Shown: one piece after another, positions 49,690 through 58,438 of the stretch
Layout of the letters: each line of letters opens with the position of its first letter
How positions within the stretch are numbered: the stretch's first letter is position 1
DNA from: Rikenellaceae bacterium
Lineage (GTDB): Bacteria > Bacteroidota > Bacteroidia > Bacteroidales > Rikenellaceae
Reading direction: 5' to 3'
Length of the DNA: 64,000 nt
Assembly (NCBI GenBank): GCA_047171945.1
Contig: JBCQWR010000003.1
Coordinates: forward strand, 10,170 to 74,169
Translations under genes and position numbers: made by a program
The notes under the pieces: model-generated
The model's input: only the letters and a program-made list of their open reading frames with translations
What the model was told of the DNA's origin: nothing
The model's database searches: none

Positions 49690-50235
49690 ATGAAAGTAGA
49701 AATGAACAAGATGGTTGCTGTAAACTATACGCTAACCGTTGACGGAGCAGTAGCTGACCAATCAAAAGAGGGAGCACCATTGGAGTTTATCACAGGCTCA
49801 GGCATGATCCTTCCTAAGTTCGAGGAGGCTATCATGGAGAAGGAGGCTGGCGACAAGGTGGCCTTCACAATCGAGGCTGGCGAGGGCTATGGCGAGATCC
49901 ACCCAGAGGCTATCGTAGATCTTCCACGCTCGATCTTCTGTGACGAGAGCGGCCAAATTGCCGATATGGTAGTTGTTGGCAACGTATTGCCTATGTCTTC
50001 GGCTGATGGCCAACAGATGTACGGAATGGTTAAAGAGATCGGTGAGGAGACCGTTAAGATGGACTTCAACCACCCAATGGCTGGCAAGACTCTCAACTTC
50101 GAGGTTGAGGTAGTTTCAGTTCGTGACGTAACTCCAGAGGATTTGGCTCCAAAGGGCGGTTGCGGATGTGGCTGCGGCGAAGGTGGCGGATGTAGCGACG
50201 GCGATTGCGGTTGCGACGAGGGTTGCTGCAACTAA
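49690..50235 (+). CDS. slyD: FKBP-type peptidyl-prolyl isomerase SlyD with a Cys/Gly-rich tail
   Basis: PLEFITGSG, GYGE, MDFNHPMAGKTLNFEVEV. Confidence 0.9.
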   Translation: MKVEMNKMVAVNYTLTVDGAVADQSKEGAPLEFITGSGMILPKFEEAIMEKEAGDKVAFTIEAGEGYGEIHPEAIVDLPRSIFCDESGQIADMVVVGNVLPMSSADGQQMYGMVKEIGEETVKMDFNHPMAGKTLNFEVEVVSVRDVTPEDLAPKGGCGCGCGEGGGCSDGDCGCDEGCCN

Positions 50236-50260
50236 TAAGTAGTAGAGATTTTCCTATTAA

Positions 50261-50308
50261 TAGGACGACAAATTGTGCTTGAGCTCGATTTGTCGTCTTA
50301 TTTTTTTA
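50261..50308 (+). terminator. Terminator after slyD
   Basis: taggacgacaaatt/gatttgtcgtctta stem followed by a T run. Confidence 0.7.
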
Positions 50309-50539
50309 TTGAACTACATCATCCCCATAAATATAGCTCACAGACCTATTTCATAAGGATTTATTAAAAAAATTATACATCATTTCCCTTCAAACAAAAT
50401 GCACACCCCGATTTAATGTTGCAAAAAGTTGCATTAATAGATTTTTTAATATATATATGCGATGTCATTTGGTACAAAATAGATGGTAATCAGTTACAAA
50501 AAAGTATAAAACTTTTTATTAATTTAAACAAATAAACAG

Positions 50540-51064
50540 ATGAAAAAAATTTTTCTTTTAGCTGCCGCAGTACTATGTATGGCATCAGCTGCATCAGCTC
50601 AAACATTCTCTAAGGGTGATCAAAACATCTCTGCAACTGTCGGTCTTGGTGGTGGTTACGGCATTCCAATCGGTGTATCTTACGAGAAGGGTATGTGGGA
50701 TATAGGTAGCGACAACAACATGGCTATCGGTCTTGGTGGTTTCGTAGGTTTCTCTTCTTATGCCGAAGATTTTGGAACATACAAGTACACCTACTCAAAT
50801 ATCTACCTTGCAGCTGAGGGTAACTTCCACTTCACTGAGTTCAGCAAATGGGATCTTTATGCTGGTCTTCGCCTTGGTTACAACGTAGCAAGCGGAAGCT
50901 GGGATGACGACTCTGTATCTGACCTATATTCAGTTTCTACAGGTGGTCTTATCTACACTACTCACATTGGTGCCAACTACTTCCTTAACGACACTTGGGC
51001 TATCAACGCTGAGCTTGGTTACGGTATCGCATCTCTTTCTGCTGGTGTAACTTACAAATTCTAA
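50540..51064 (+). CDS. Small outer-membrane beta-barrel protein
   Basis: Signal peptide; alternating aromatic strands; ends GVTYKF. Confidence 0.85.
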   Translation: MKKIFLLAAAVLCMASAASAQTFSKGDQNISATVGLGGGYGIPIGVSYEKGMWDIGSDNNMAIGLGGFVGFSSYAEDFGTYKYTYSNIYLAAEGNFHFTEFSKWDLYAGLRLGYNVASGSWDDDSVSDLYSVSTGGLIYTTHIGANYFLNDTWAINAELGYGIASLSAGVTYKF

Positions 51065-51086
51065 GAGACTCCAACTTTAGAGTTAT

Positions 51087-51131
51087 AAAAAATGAGGATG
51101 GCTTTTTTTTGAAAGCCATCCTCATTTTTTT
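51087..51131. terminator. Bidirectional intrinsic terminator between convergent genes
   Basis: aaaaaatgaggatggcttt/aaagccatcctcatttttt perfect stem with A and T tails. Confidence 0.88.
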
Positions 51132-51140
51132 CGCTACGAC

Positions 51141-52211
51141 CTAATCGTCGAGACCTCCATCCCGTGCAAACTCATCTATAGAGCGCAGGAAGTGCGCTAT
51201 GGTCTGCTCCATCGTGCGATATGATTTTCCTCCTGCGGCATTCTTGTGTCCACCACCATCGAAATATTTACGAGCAAAAAGGTTAACATCAATATGAGGA
51301 CGTGAACGGAACGAGATACGTATAAATTTGCGGTGCTCGATAAATATCACCGAGAATTTCATCTTCTGTATTGATAACGGATAGTTCACAAAACCCTCAC
51401 TATCGCCCTGCTGGAAGTTGAAACGGCGCATCTCACGCTCAGTGAGAGCCATGTAGGCCACTGTGCCACCCTTAATTATCGACATCTTGCGAGCGATGGT
51501 ATAGCCAAAGAGACGAGCACGGTCTTCGCTAAAAGAGTTGTATACCTGCGAGTTAATCTTAGGAATATCGATCCCCTTCTCGACCAACACAGCCAAAGCT
51601 CGATAGAGAGCAGGGGTAAGAAACGAAAATGAGAAGTTCCCCGTATCGGTCATCATACCGACATAGAGAAGCTCACCGATACTCTTATCTATAAGCTCCA
51701 CTCCCCACATCAACTCAATTATGGAGTAGACCACAAAGCAGGTACTCGAGGCATCGGGGTGCGAGAAGAGGAGGTCGTAACCCTCCTCGGGCGAGAGGTG
51801 GTGGTCGATCAAAATTCGCTTAGCTCCACTATTAGCACCAATAACATCACCCAACCCCTCCAATCGAGAGAGAGCATTGAAGTCGAGACAGAAGATGATC
51901 TCGGCACTATTAACAATCTGCGAGACCCTCTCGGGGTTATCCTTATAGATTATCAACTCCTCGACGCCCTCCATCCATCCCAAGAAATATGGATATTTGT
52001 TAGGGACTATGCAACTCACTGAGTGTCCAAATTTGCGCAATACACGAGCCCACGAGAGCGACGAACCAATGGCATCACCATCAGGATTGGTGTGCGACAC
52101 AATTACAATCTCTCGCCCCTGAGGTGACGAAAGTAGCTCTTTGAGCATCGATATACTATTCTCTGATATAACCATCTTCCCTAAATTATCTAATTTTACA
52201 AAAATAGTCAA
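51141..52211 (-). CDS. DHH-family phosphoesterase (NrnA-like)
   Basis: SHTNPDGDAIGS, LDFN, IDHH, TDTG, SFRS, GGGHKNAAG. Confidence 0.92.
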   Translation of the reverse strand: MTIFVKLDNLGKMVISENSISMLKELLSSPQGREIVIVSHTNPDGDAIGSSLSWARVLRKFGHSVSCIVPNKYPYFLGWMEGVEELIIYKDNPERVSQIVNSAEIIFCLDFNALSRLEGLGDVIGANSGAKRILIDHHLSPEEGYDLLFSHPDASSTCFVVYSIIELMWGVELIDKSIGELLYVGMMTDTGNFSFSFLTPALYRALAVLVEKGIDIPKINSQVYNSFSEDRARLFGYTIARKMSIIKGGTVAYMALTEREMRRFNFQQGDSEGFVNYPLSIQKMKFSVIFIEHRKFIRISFRSRPHIDVNLFARKYFDGGGHKNAAGGKSYRTMEQTIAHFLRSIDEFARDGGLDD

Positions 52212-52249
52212 TTATTTTTAGATATCAAAATAGTACTGGGGCGTTGTCA

Positions 52250-52603
52250 GGCAAACGCACGAAAGATAGAGTTCTACACTACTCTCTTACTGCCCTAACA
52301 GCGGGCGGCTGCCAAGCTTAGCTTGGATCCAAAAACTTGCGTTTTTGATCTTTATTGCACTGAGTGTGTGGGGCTTTGCCCTATGATATATCTCTTATAA
52401 TGATCTTTTGAAAGTCTCCTTTCAACGCTCATTATAAGAGATATATCTATGTCAACCTTACGGTTGCCACCACACATCAGTGAGGTGAACCTCGAGAAGG
52501 GTTGAAGTCTCTAAGCCCTTATCGCAAGATAGTATACACCAGCGGAGGTGTTTTTTTTCGCCCGACGGAGTCAGTAGTAAACTCTAATTTTTCGAGCGCT
52601 TGT
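52250..52603 (+). mobile_element. MITE-like repeat, copy 2 (both ends present, right end degenerate)
   Basis: Left ggcaaacgcacgaaagatagag, right aactctaatttttcgagcgcttg; internal hairpins; homologous to copies 1 and 3. Confidence 0.82.
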
Positions 52604-52630
52604 GTATTAAGATTTTATTATGTACATTTG
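52599..52630 (+). promoter_or_regulatory. Putative hybrid promoter for the hemerythrin-LuxR pair
   Basis: CTTG (within the MITE right end)-N20-TACATTTG. Confidence 0.55.
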
Positions 52631-52712
52631 TATCAAATTCAACCTCTTGACCATCACCATTTCGGCCAAGAGGGGCAAATTGCAACACCTTCAAAAGATT
52701 TAATTTTAGAGT

Positions 52713-53414
52713 ATGATTATGTATAAAGTAGGGGTCTACCACTCTGGCGACTCGATGAGCGATCTTATCTGCGACAACTACCCAATGCTTCTGGTGATGA
52801 GCCGATTTGGCATTGACTTAGGCGTTGGTGACCAAACTATTGGCGAGGCATGCCTCAAAAGTGGAGTCGATATTGATACTTTTTTGGCTGTGGTCAATGT
52901 ATTGGTGGCGGGTGTCGAAAGAGGCGCTACACCTAATATAGATTACCAAAAGGTATCTCTCTCGTCACTAACCGAATACCTCCACAACTCACACTCCTAC
53001 TTCCTCGAGTATCGCCTACCAGCAATTAGGCAAGAGCTTGTCGAGGCGTTGAACAATAGCGGCGACGTTGCAGTGGTGATATTGAACTACTACGACGAAT
53101 ACGTAGCCGAGGTAAACAACCATATGAGCTACGAGGAGCAGACCCTATTCCCCTACATCAACTCAATGCTAAACGGATCAACCGACAACGAATACAGCAT
53201 TGACGATTATAGCCGTCACCACGACAAAATAGAGTCTAAGCTCTCGGAGTTGAAGGGAATATTAATCAAGTACTACCCCGCAAAGACAACCAATGCACTC
53301 AACACGGTACTCTACGACATCTTCTCATGCGAGCGTGATTTAGCGTCACATAACTCTATTGAGAACCACCTCCTGGTTCCCACAATGAGAATATTGGAGT
53401 CTCAAAAAAGATAA
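52713..53414 (+). CDS. Hemerythrin-domain protein (ScdA/RIC-like)
   Basis: ScdA-like N-terminus (SRFGIDLG..TIGEAC); H/E iron-ligand motifs HNSH, HMSYEE, HDKIE, HNSIE. Confidence 0.85.
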   Translation: MIMYKVGVYHSGDSMSDLICDNYPMLLVMSRFGIDLGVGDQTIGEACLKSGVDIDTFLAVVNVLVAGVERGATPNIDYQKVSLSSLTEYLHNSHSYFLEYRLPAIRQELVEALNNSGDVAVVILNYYDEYVAEVNNHMSYEEQTLFPYINSMLNGSTDNEYSIDDYSRHHDKIESKLSELKGILIKYYPAKTTNALNTVLYDIFSCERDLASHNSIENHLLVPTMRILESQKR

Positions 53415-53418
53415 GACA

Positions 53419-54039
53419 ATGGCCAAACCTCTACATATAGTTATAGCTGAACCATCTGCAATAATTCGCTATGGTTTGGTCTCGCTTCTTCAGCAATCGA
53501 CATCGTTGAGTGCCGACATAGTTGAGTTGAACGACATCACCACGCTTTCGACCACCACATTTAGGGTAACACCAGACCTACTTATAATCAACCCTCTACA
53601 CTTAGGGATATACCTCCCATCGCAACTCAAAGTCGAAATGGGTAACGAGAATCTCAAGATTGTAGCTCTACATAGCGTCTTGACCGATCCCAATACAATC
53701 AAGAGCTACGACGCCTCATTCTCGATCTACGATGGTGTGGGGTCAATAGTCGACACCCTACTCGAGGTGACCAGAGGTAACCAAGAGCAGGAGGGACGCA
53801 AGGAGCTCAGCCAGCGTGAAAAGGAGATTATAGTGTGCGTGGTGAAAGGCATGACAAACAAACAGATTGCCGACTCGCTCTGCCTCTCGACCCACACGGT
53901 GATAGCCCACCGCCGCAACATCGCTGGAAAGCTACAGATACATAGCCCCTCGGGACTCACCATCTATGCCATTGTCAACAAGTTGATAGACCTTGCAGAT
54001 GTCAAAAATAGCATCTCGCAGAGCCGTGACGAGGAGTAA
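53419..54039 (+). CDS. LuxR-family transcriptional regulator with an atypical receiver domain
   Basis: LSQREKEII..VVKGMTNKQIADSLCLSTHTVIAHRRNI HTH; receiver has N in place of the phospho-Asp (DLLIINP). Confidence 0.9.
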   Translation: MAKPLHIVIAEPSAIIRYGLVSLLQQSTSLSADIVELNDITTLSTTTFRVTPDLLIINPLHLGIYLPSQLKVEMGNENLKIVALHSVLTDPNTIKSYDASFSIYDGVGSIVDTLLEVTRGNQEQEGRKELSQREKEIIVCVVKGMTNKQIADSLCLSTHTVIAHRRNIAGKLQIHSPSGLTIYAIVNKLIDLADVKNSISQSRDEE

Positions 54040-54074
54040 ACTATAATTTTTATTGCGTTTGCCCAGGGCAAATA

Positions 54075-54521
54075 GGGCAAACGCACGAAAAATTATAGTT
54101 TATTACTGACTCCGTCGGGCGGAAAAAAACACCTCCGCTGGTGTATACTATCTTGCGATAAGGGCTTAGAGACTTCATCTCTAAGATTGTATAGGTTAGC
54201 GAGTTGTGCAAATTTATTTGCCTCAACTCGCTAACCTATACATTTTTTAAATGTCTAACGACATTTAAACCCTTCTCGAGGTTCACCTCACTGATGTGTG
54301 GTGGCAACCATAGGTTGACATAGATATATCTCTTATAATGAGCGTTGAAAGGAGACTTTCAAAAGATCATTATAAGAGATATATCGTAGGGCAAAGCCCC
54401 ACACGCTCAGTGCAATAAAGATCAAAAACGTAAGTTTTTGGATCCAAGCTAAGCTTGGCGGCCGCCCGCTGCAAGGGCTGTAAGAGAGTAGTGTAGAACT
54501 CTATTTTTATTGCGTTTGCCC
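54075..54521 (-). mobile_element. MITE-like repeat, copy 3 (longest, inverted, both terminal inverted repeats intact)
   Basis: Ends gggcaaacgcacgaaaaattatagtt and aactctatttttattgcgtttgccc; extra 91-bp hairpin block at 54178-54268 absent from copy 2. Confidence 0.85.
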
Positions 54522-54561
54522 AGGGCAAACGCAATGGGCAAACGCAATAGGCATTAATTCA

Positions 54562-57102
54562 TCAACCACACTTAGAGTATCCGCAGCTCATGCAGGTGAG
54601 GCAGCCATTTTGGTATGCCATCTCCTCTTGGCCGCAACTTGGGCAGCTTCCTTTGCACTTTGTGCCGTCGGCAATATACTGCTTTAGGGCACGCTCAACG
54701 CCATTTTTCCAGGTATTGATGCTTTCCGAGTCGAGGTGAAGTGAGTCGATAAGTGTCACGACGCTCTCGATAGGCATACCTTGGCGCAATACGCCCGATA
54801 TAAGTTTGGCGTAGTTCCAGAACTCTTCGGAGAAGAGGCGAGAGATGCCACCGATGGTGTTGGTGTAGCCATATCTATCTTTGTATTGGAAGTCGTAGCG
54901 CTTGCTGCCATCATCCTCACGCACCTTTATTATAAAGCCGTTGGTGATCTTTGGTGGAATGTAGAGAGCATCCTCCTCGATTTTACCTGTGAAGATCTCA
55001 TATGGGCGGTCGTGCTGAATACCCACGAAGGCGATCCAATCCTCCTTACCATTCTTAAATCGCACTACGTCGGCAGGGATCGAGAGTGGTCTCTTGGTGA
55101 TGTTGGGGGCATTCTCAGCAGCTTTGCTTCCCTTCTCGATCAACACTCCGTCACGGCATCCATCACGGTAGACTGTGATTCCCTTACATCCGCACTCCCA
55201 CGCTGTACGATATACGTCGGCCACAAGCTCTTGGCTCACGTCGTTGGGGAGGTTTACAGTGACCGAGATTGAGTGGTCTACCCACTTTTGGATTGCACCT
55301 TGCATCTTCACCTTAGCCACCCAATCGATATCGTTGGCTGTAGCCTTGTGGTAGGGCGATGCAGCGACCATTGCGTCGAGCTCATCATCCGAGATTGAGG
55401 CGAGCTTCGATGTGTCGTAGCCAGCTGCGGCGGCCCACTTCACGAAGTTGTGGTGGTATACGTAGTACTCCTCGAACTTCTCGCCAGTCTCGTCGACAAA
55501 TGTAGCGACCTTATCTTTGTCCGAAGGGTTGATCTTGCGACGACGTTTGTATACGGGGCGGAAAACGGGCTCGATTCCCGATGTTGTTTGCGACATTAGC
55601 GATGTAGTACCTGTTGGGGCGATGGTGAGCATTGCGATGTTGCGACGACCATACTTAAGCATCTCCTCGTAGAGAGCTCCATCGGCCTCCTTGATGCGCT
55701 CGATCATGGGGTTACCCACCTCCTTAGCGGCATCGAACACCTCAAATGCACCACGCTCCGAGGCCATTACAACAGATGTGCGGTATGCCTCAATGGCCAA
55801 AGTCTTTTGGATCTCCACAGCAAAAGCGGTAGCCTCGTCCGAACCGTAGCGAAGTCCCAATGCGGCCAACATATCGCCCTCGGCGGTGATTCCCAAACCT
55901 GTGCGACGACCCTTGAGAGCCATCTCACGGATCTTCTGCCACAAAGAGAGCTCTACACGGCGCACGTCGTCATCCTCGGGGTCGGTGGCGATCTTCTCGA
56001 TGATCTGCTCCACCTTCTCTAATTCGAGGTCGATTATATCGTCCATCATGCGCATAGCACGATTGATGTGACCCTTGAAGAGGTCGAAGTTGAACGACGA
56101 CTCAGCTGTGAATGGATTCTCAACATAGCTCAATAGGTTGATAGCCAAGAGACGGCACGAGTCGTAGGGGCACAATGGGATCTCACCACATGGGTTTGTC
56201 GAGACCGTTGTGAAACCCTCATCGGCATAGCAGTCGGGGATACTCTCACGGATGATGGTGTCCCAGAAGAGTACACCTGGCTCAGCCGATTTCCAAGCGT
56301 TGTGGATGATCTTATCCCACAATTTTTTGGCATCTATATCCTTCTCATACTTAGGATTTTCGGCCTTGATTGGAAATTGTTGACGGTAGGGAGTGTTGCC
56401 AATTGCGGCACGCATAAATTCATCGTCGAGCTTCACCGAGACGTTGGCACCAGTCACCTTGCCCATGTCAGTCTTAGCATCGATAAATGACTCAGCATCG
56501 GGGTGCTTCACCGAGATTGATAGCATGAGTGCACCACGGCGACCATCTTGAGCCACCTCACGAGTAGAGTTCGAGTAGCGCTCCATGAATGGTACGATAC
56601 CAGTCGAGGTGAGCGCCGAGTTAAAGACGGGACTTCCCGAAGGGCGGATGTGCGAGAGGTCGTGACCCACGCCACCACGGCGTTTCATAAGTTGCACCTG
56701 CTCCTCGTCGATGCGGAAGATTCCACCATAGGAGTCAGCAGGGTTCTTGTGACCGATCACAAAGCAGTTGGAGAGCGACGCCACTTGGAGCGTGTTACCG
56801 ATTCCTGTCATGGGACCTCCTTGAGGGATCACATAGCGGAAGTGGTCGAGCAGCTCGAAGATCGAGTCGTAGCTCATGGGGTTGGGGTACTTCTGCTCAA
56901 TGCGCTCGATCTCCGATGCGATACGGTTGTGCATATCCTTTGGCGAGGTCTCATAGATCTTTCCAAATGAATCTTTAAGGGCATATTTACTCACCCAAAC
57001 TGTTGCTGCGAGGTCATCGCCTACGAAGTACTCTTTGGAGGCTGCAACAGCGTCATTGTAGCTTACTTCGGCCTGTGTTACTGATGTAACTTTTTTACTC
57101 AT
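54562..57102 (-). CDS. nrdJ: Adenosylcobalamin-dependent (class II) ribonucleotide reductase
   Basis: SLSNCFV, RRGGVG, TNPCGEI, TIAPTGT, KGITVYRDG, C-terminal CPSC...CMSCGYSKC. Confidence 0.94.
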   Translation of the reverse strand: MSKKVTSVTQAEVSYNDAVAASKEYFVGDDLAATVWVSKYALKDSFGKIYETSPKDMHNRIASEIERIEQKYPNPMSYDSIFELLDHFRYVIPQGGPMTGIGNTLQVASLSNCFVIGHKNPADSYGGIFRIDEEQVQLMKRRGGVGHDLSHIRPSGSPVFNSALTSTGIVPFMERYSNSTREVAQDGRRGALMLSISVKHPDAESFIDAKTDMGKVTGANVSVKLDDEFMRAAIGNTPYRQQFPIKAENPKYEKDIDAKKLWDKIIHNAWKSAEPGVLFWDTIIRESIPDCYADEGFTTVSTNPCGEIPLCPYDSCRLLAINLLSYVENPFTAESSFNFDLFKGHINRAMRMMDDIIDLELEKVEQIIEKIATDPEDDDVRRVELSLWQKIREMALKGRRTGLGITAEGDMLAALGLRYGSDEATAFAVEIQKTLAIEAYRTSVVMASERGAFEVFDAAKEVGNPMIERIKEADGALYEEMLKYGRRNIAMLTIAPTGTTSLMSQTTSGIEPVFRPVYKRRRKINPSDKDKVATFVDETGEKFEEYYVYHHNFVKWAAAAGYDTSKLASISDDELDAMVAASPYHKATANDIDWVAKVKMQGAIQKWVDHSISVTVNLPNDVSQELVADVYRTAWECGCKGITVYRDGCRDGVLIEKGSKAAENAPNITKRPLSIPADVVRFKNGKEDWIAFVGIQHDRPYEIFTGKIEEDALYIPPKITNGFIIKVREDDGSKRYDFQYKDRYGYTNTIGGISRLFSEEFWNYAKLISGVLRQGMPIESVVTLIDSLHLDSESINTWKNGVERALKQYIADGTKCKGSCPSCGQEEMAYQNGCLTCMSCGYSKCG

Positions 57103-57183
57103 AGTGTTTTATATTCTTTATTATTATTATTTATATCAAAAGCAATGTCACAAAATTCGTATTTTTTTTACTAAAAGTCAACA

Positions 57184-57206
57184 TTATCCACAAATAGTTA
57201 TCCACA
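57184..57206 (+). promoter_or_regulatory. Two perfect DnaA boxes upstream of nrdJ
   Basis: TTATCCACA at 57184-57192 and 57198-57206. Confidence 0.75.
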
Positions 57207-57220
57207 ATTAATTGACAATT

Positions 57221-58438
57221 TTATAACTTGCTCTCCTCCTCACATTTGGCGCTAATGCTGAGCATCAACATAAATGCCATGTAGGTGCAAAATAGAGCCG
57301 ATCCTCCACGTGAGACAAGTGGCAATATCTGCCCCGTCTCGGGAAGGAAGTTTACCGACACCATAACATGGAGCAGTGCCTGTAGAAGTATCAGCGAGGC
57401 TAAACTCAAGACAAGCAGCTCTCGGAATGGGTCGTTGCAACGCTCAAATATCCACATCGCTCTAAAAAATATCCAGATGTAGAGTAGCAGCAGCAGTATC
57501 GAGAGTATCAAACCATACTCCTCGACAAAGAATGCAAAGGCGTAGTCACTCTCGGGGTGTATCATCTCCACTCGCATCGAACTTTGACCAGCGCCAACAC
57601 CACCAAACCCGCCATTTTGAATAGCCACCATCGAGCGTTCTGTATCGGAGATGTCATCAACTCGAATCTCCATTCTATTTGAGGTCCATGTATCCACCCA
57701 TGTATCCAAACGGCCGCCAGCCGTACCACTGCGTCCCAATCCCAAAAACGAGAAGAGGGCAGCAAAGAGAGCTGCATAGCCCACCACCTTCAATATCTCT
57801 TTGAATCTGACCCCCGCAAGGTAGAGAATCACCAAGGAGACACCAAAGAGAACCATTGCCGAGGAGGTGTGAGCCATCAAAATAACCAGAGTTGAAGCAA
57901 ATATCGGGATCGTAATGGGGATCATGCCCTCGTTGAGTATTCTCTTATTGAGAGCTTTGCTGCCTTTCTTGAGCGCTGGCACAAGCCTTAGGTTCTTGAT
58001 CTGCTTGGGGTTGCGAGTAAGCATCACCGAGAGGTGCAACACAATGGCCACTTTGAGCGCCTCGGATGGTTGGATGTTGATTGGCCCCAGTGGAATCCAT
58101 CGTGCAGCGCCATTGATGGCACTACCCCTGAAGTAGGCATAGAGGGTGAGAAGTATGCATATTATCAAGATATGCCACGAGTAGGTGCTATAAAGTTTGA
58201 CACTAAAGCGGTGCATGACAGCCATCACAGCCAGTGAAAAGATAAGAAAGGCGAGCTGCAAGAAGAGATACTTGAAGGGTGAGGCCGACTCGGTAACATC
58301 GTAGGCCATCTTAGCTGTAGATGAGAATACGAGCAACACTGAGACGATCGAAAGAATCGCTACAATAACCCACAGCACTCTATCTCCAAAGATCAAACGA
58401 GGCAAGCGTGAACCTCCTTCACTATTAGCTATTGCCAT
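57221..58438 (-). CDS. ftsW: SEDS-family peptidoglycan polymerase FtsW
   Basis: NGAARWI, QPSE, GAGQS, ESDYAF..FVEEYG, TGQILPLVSRGGS; directly downstream of murD. Confidence 0.88.
   Translation of the reverse strand: MAIANSEGGSRLPRLIFGDRVLWVIVAILSIVSVLLVFSSTAKMAYDVTESASPFKYLFLQLAFLIFSLAVMAVMHRFSVKLYSTYSWHILIICILLTLYAYFRGSAINGAARWIPLGPINIQPSEALKVAIVLHLSVMLTRNPKQIKNLRLVPALKKGSKALNKRILNEGMIPITIPIFASTLVILMAHTSSAMVLFGVSLVILYLAGVRFKEILKVVGYAALFAALFSFLGLGRSGTAGGRLDTWVDTWTSNRMEIRVDDISDTERSMVAIQNGGFGGVGAGQSSMRVEMIHPESDYAFAFFVEEYGLILSILLLLLYIWIFFRAMWIFERCNDPFRELLVLSLASLILLQALLHVMVSVNFLPETGQILPLVSRGGSALFCTYMAFMLMLSISAKCEEESKL

Noticed and set aside
54240-54500. Structured sequence next to the B12-dependent nrdJ as a cobalamin riboswitch
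   Set aside because: It is downstream of nrdJ, lacks the B12-box motifs and belongs to the dispersed repeat family
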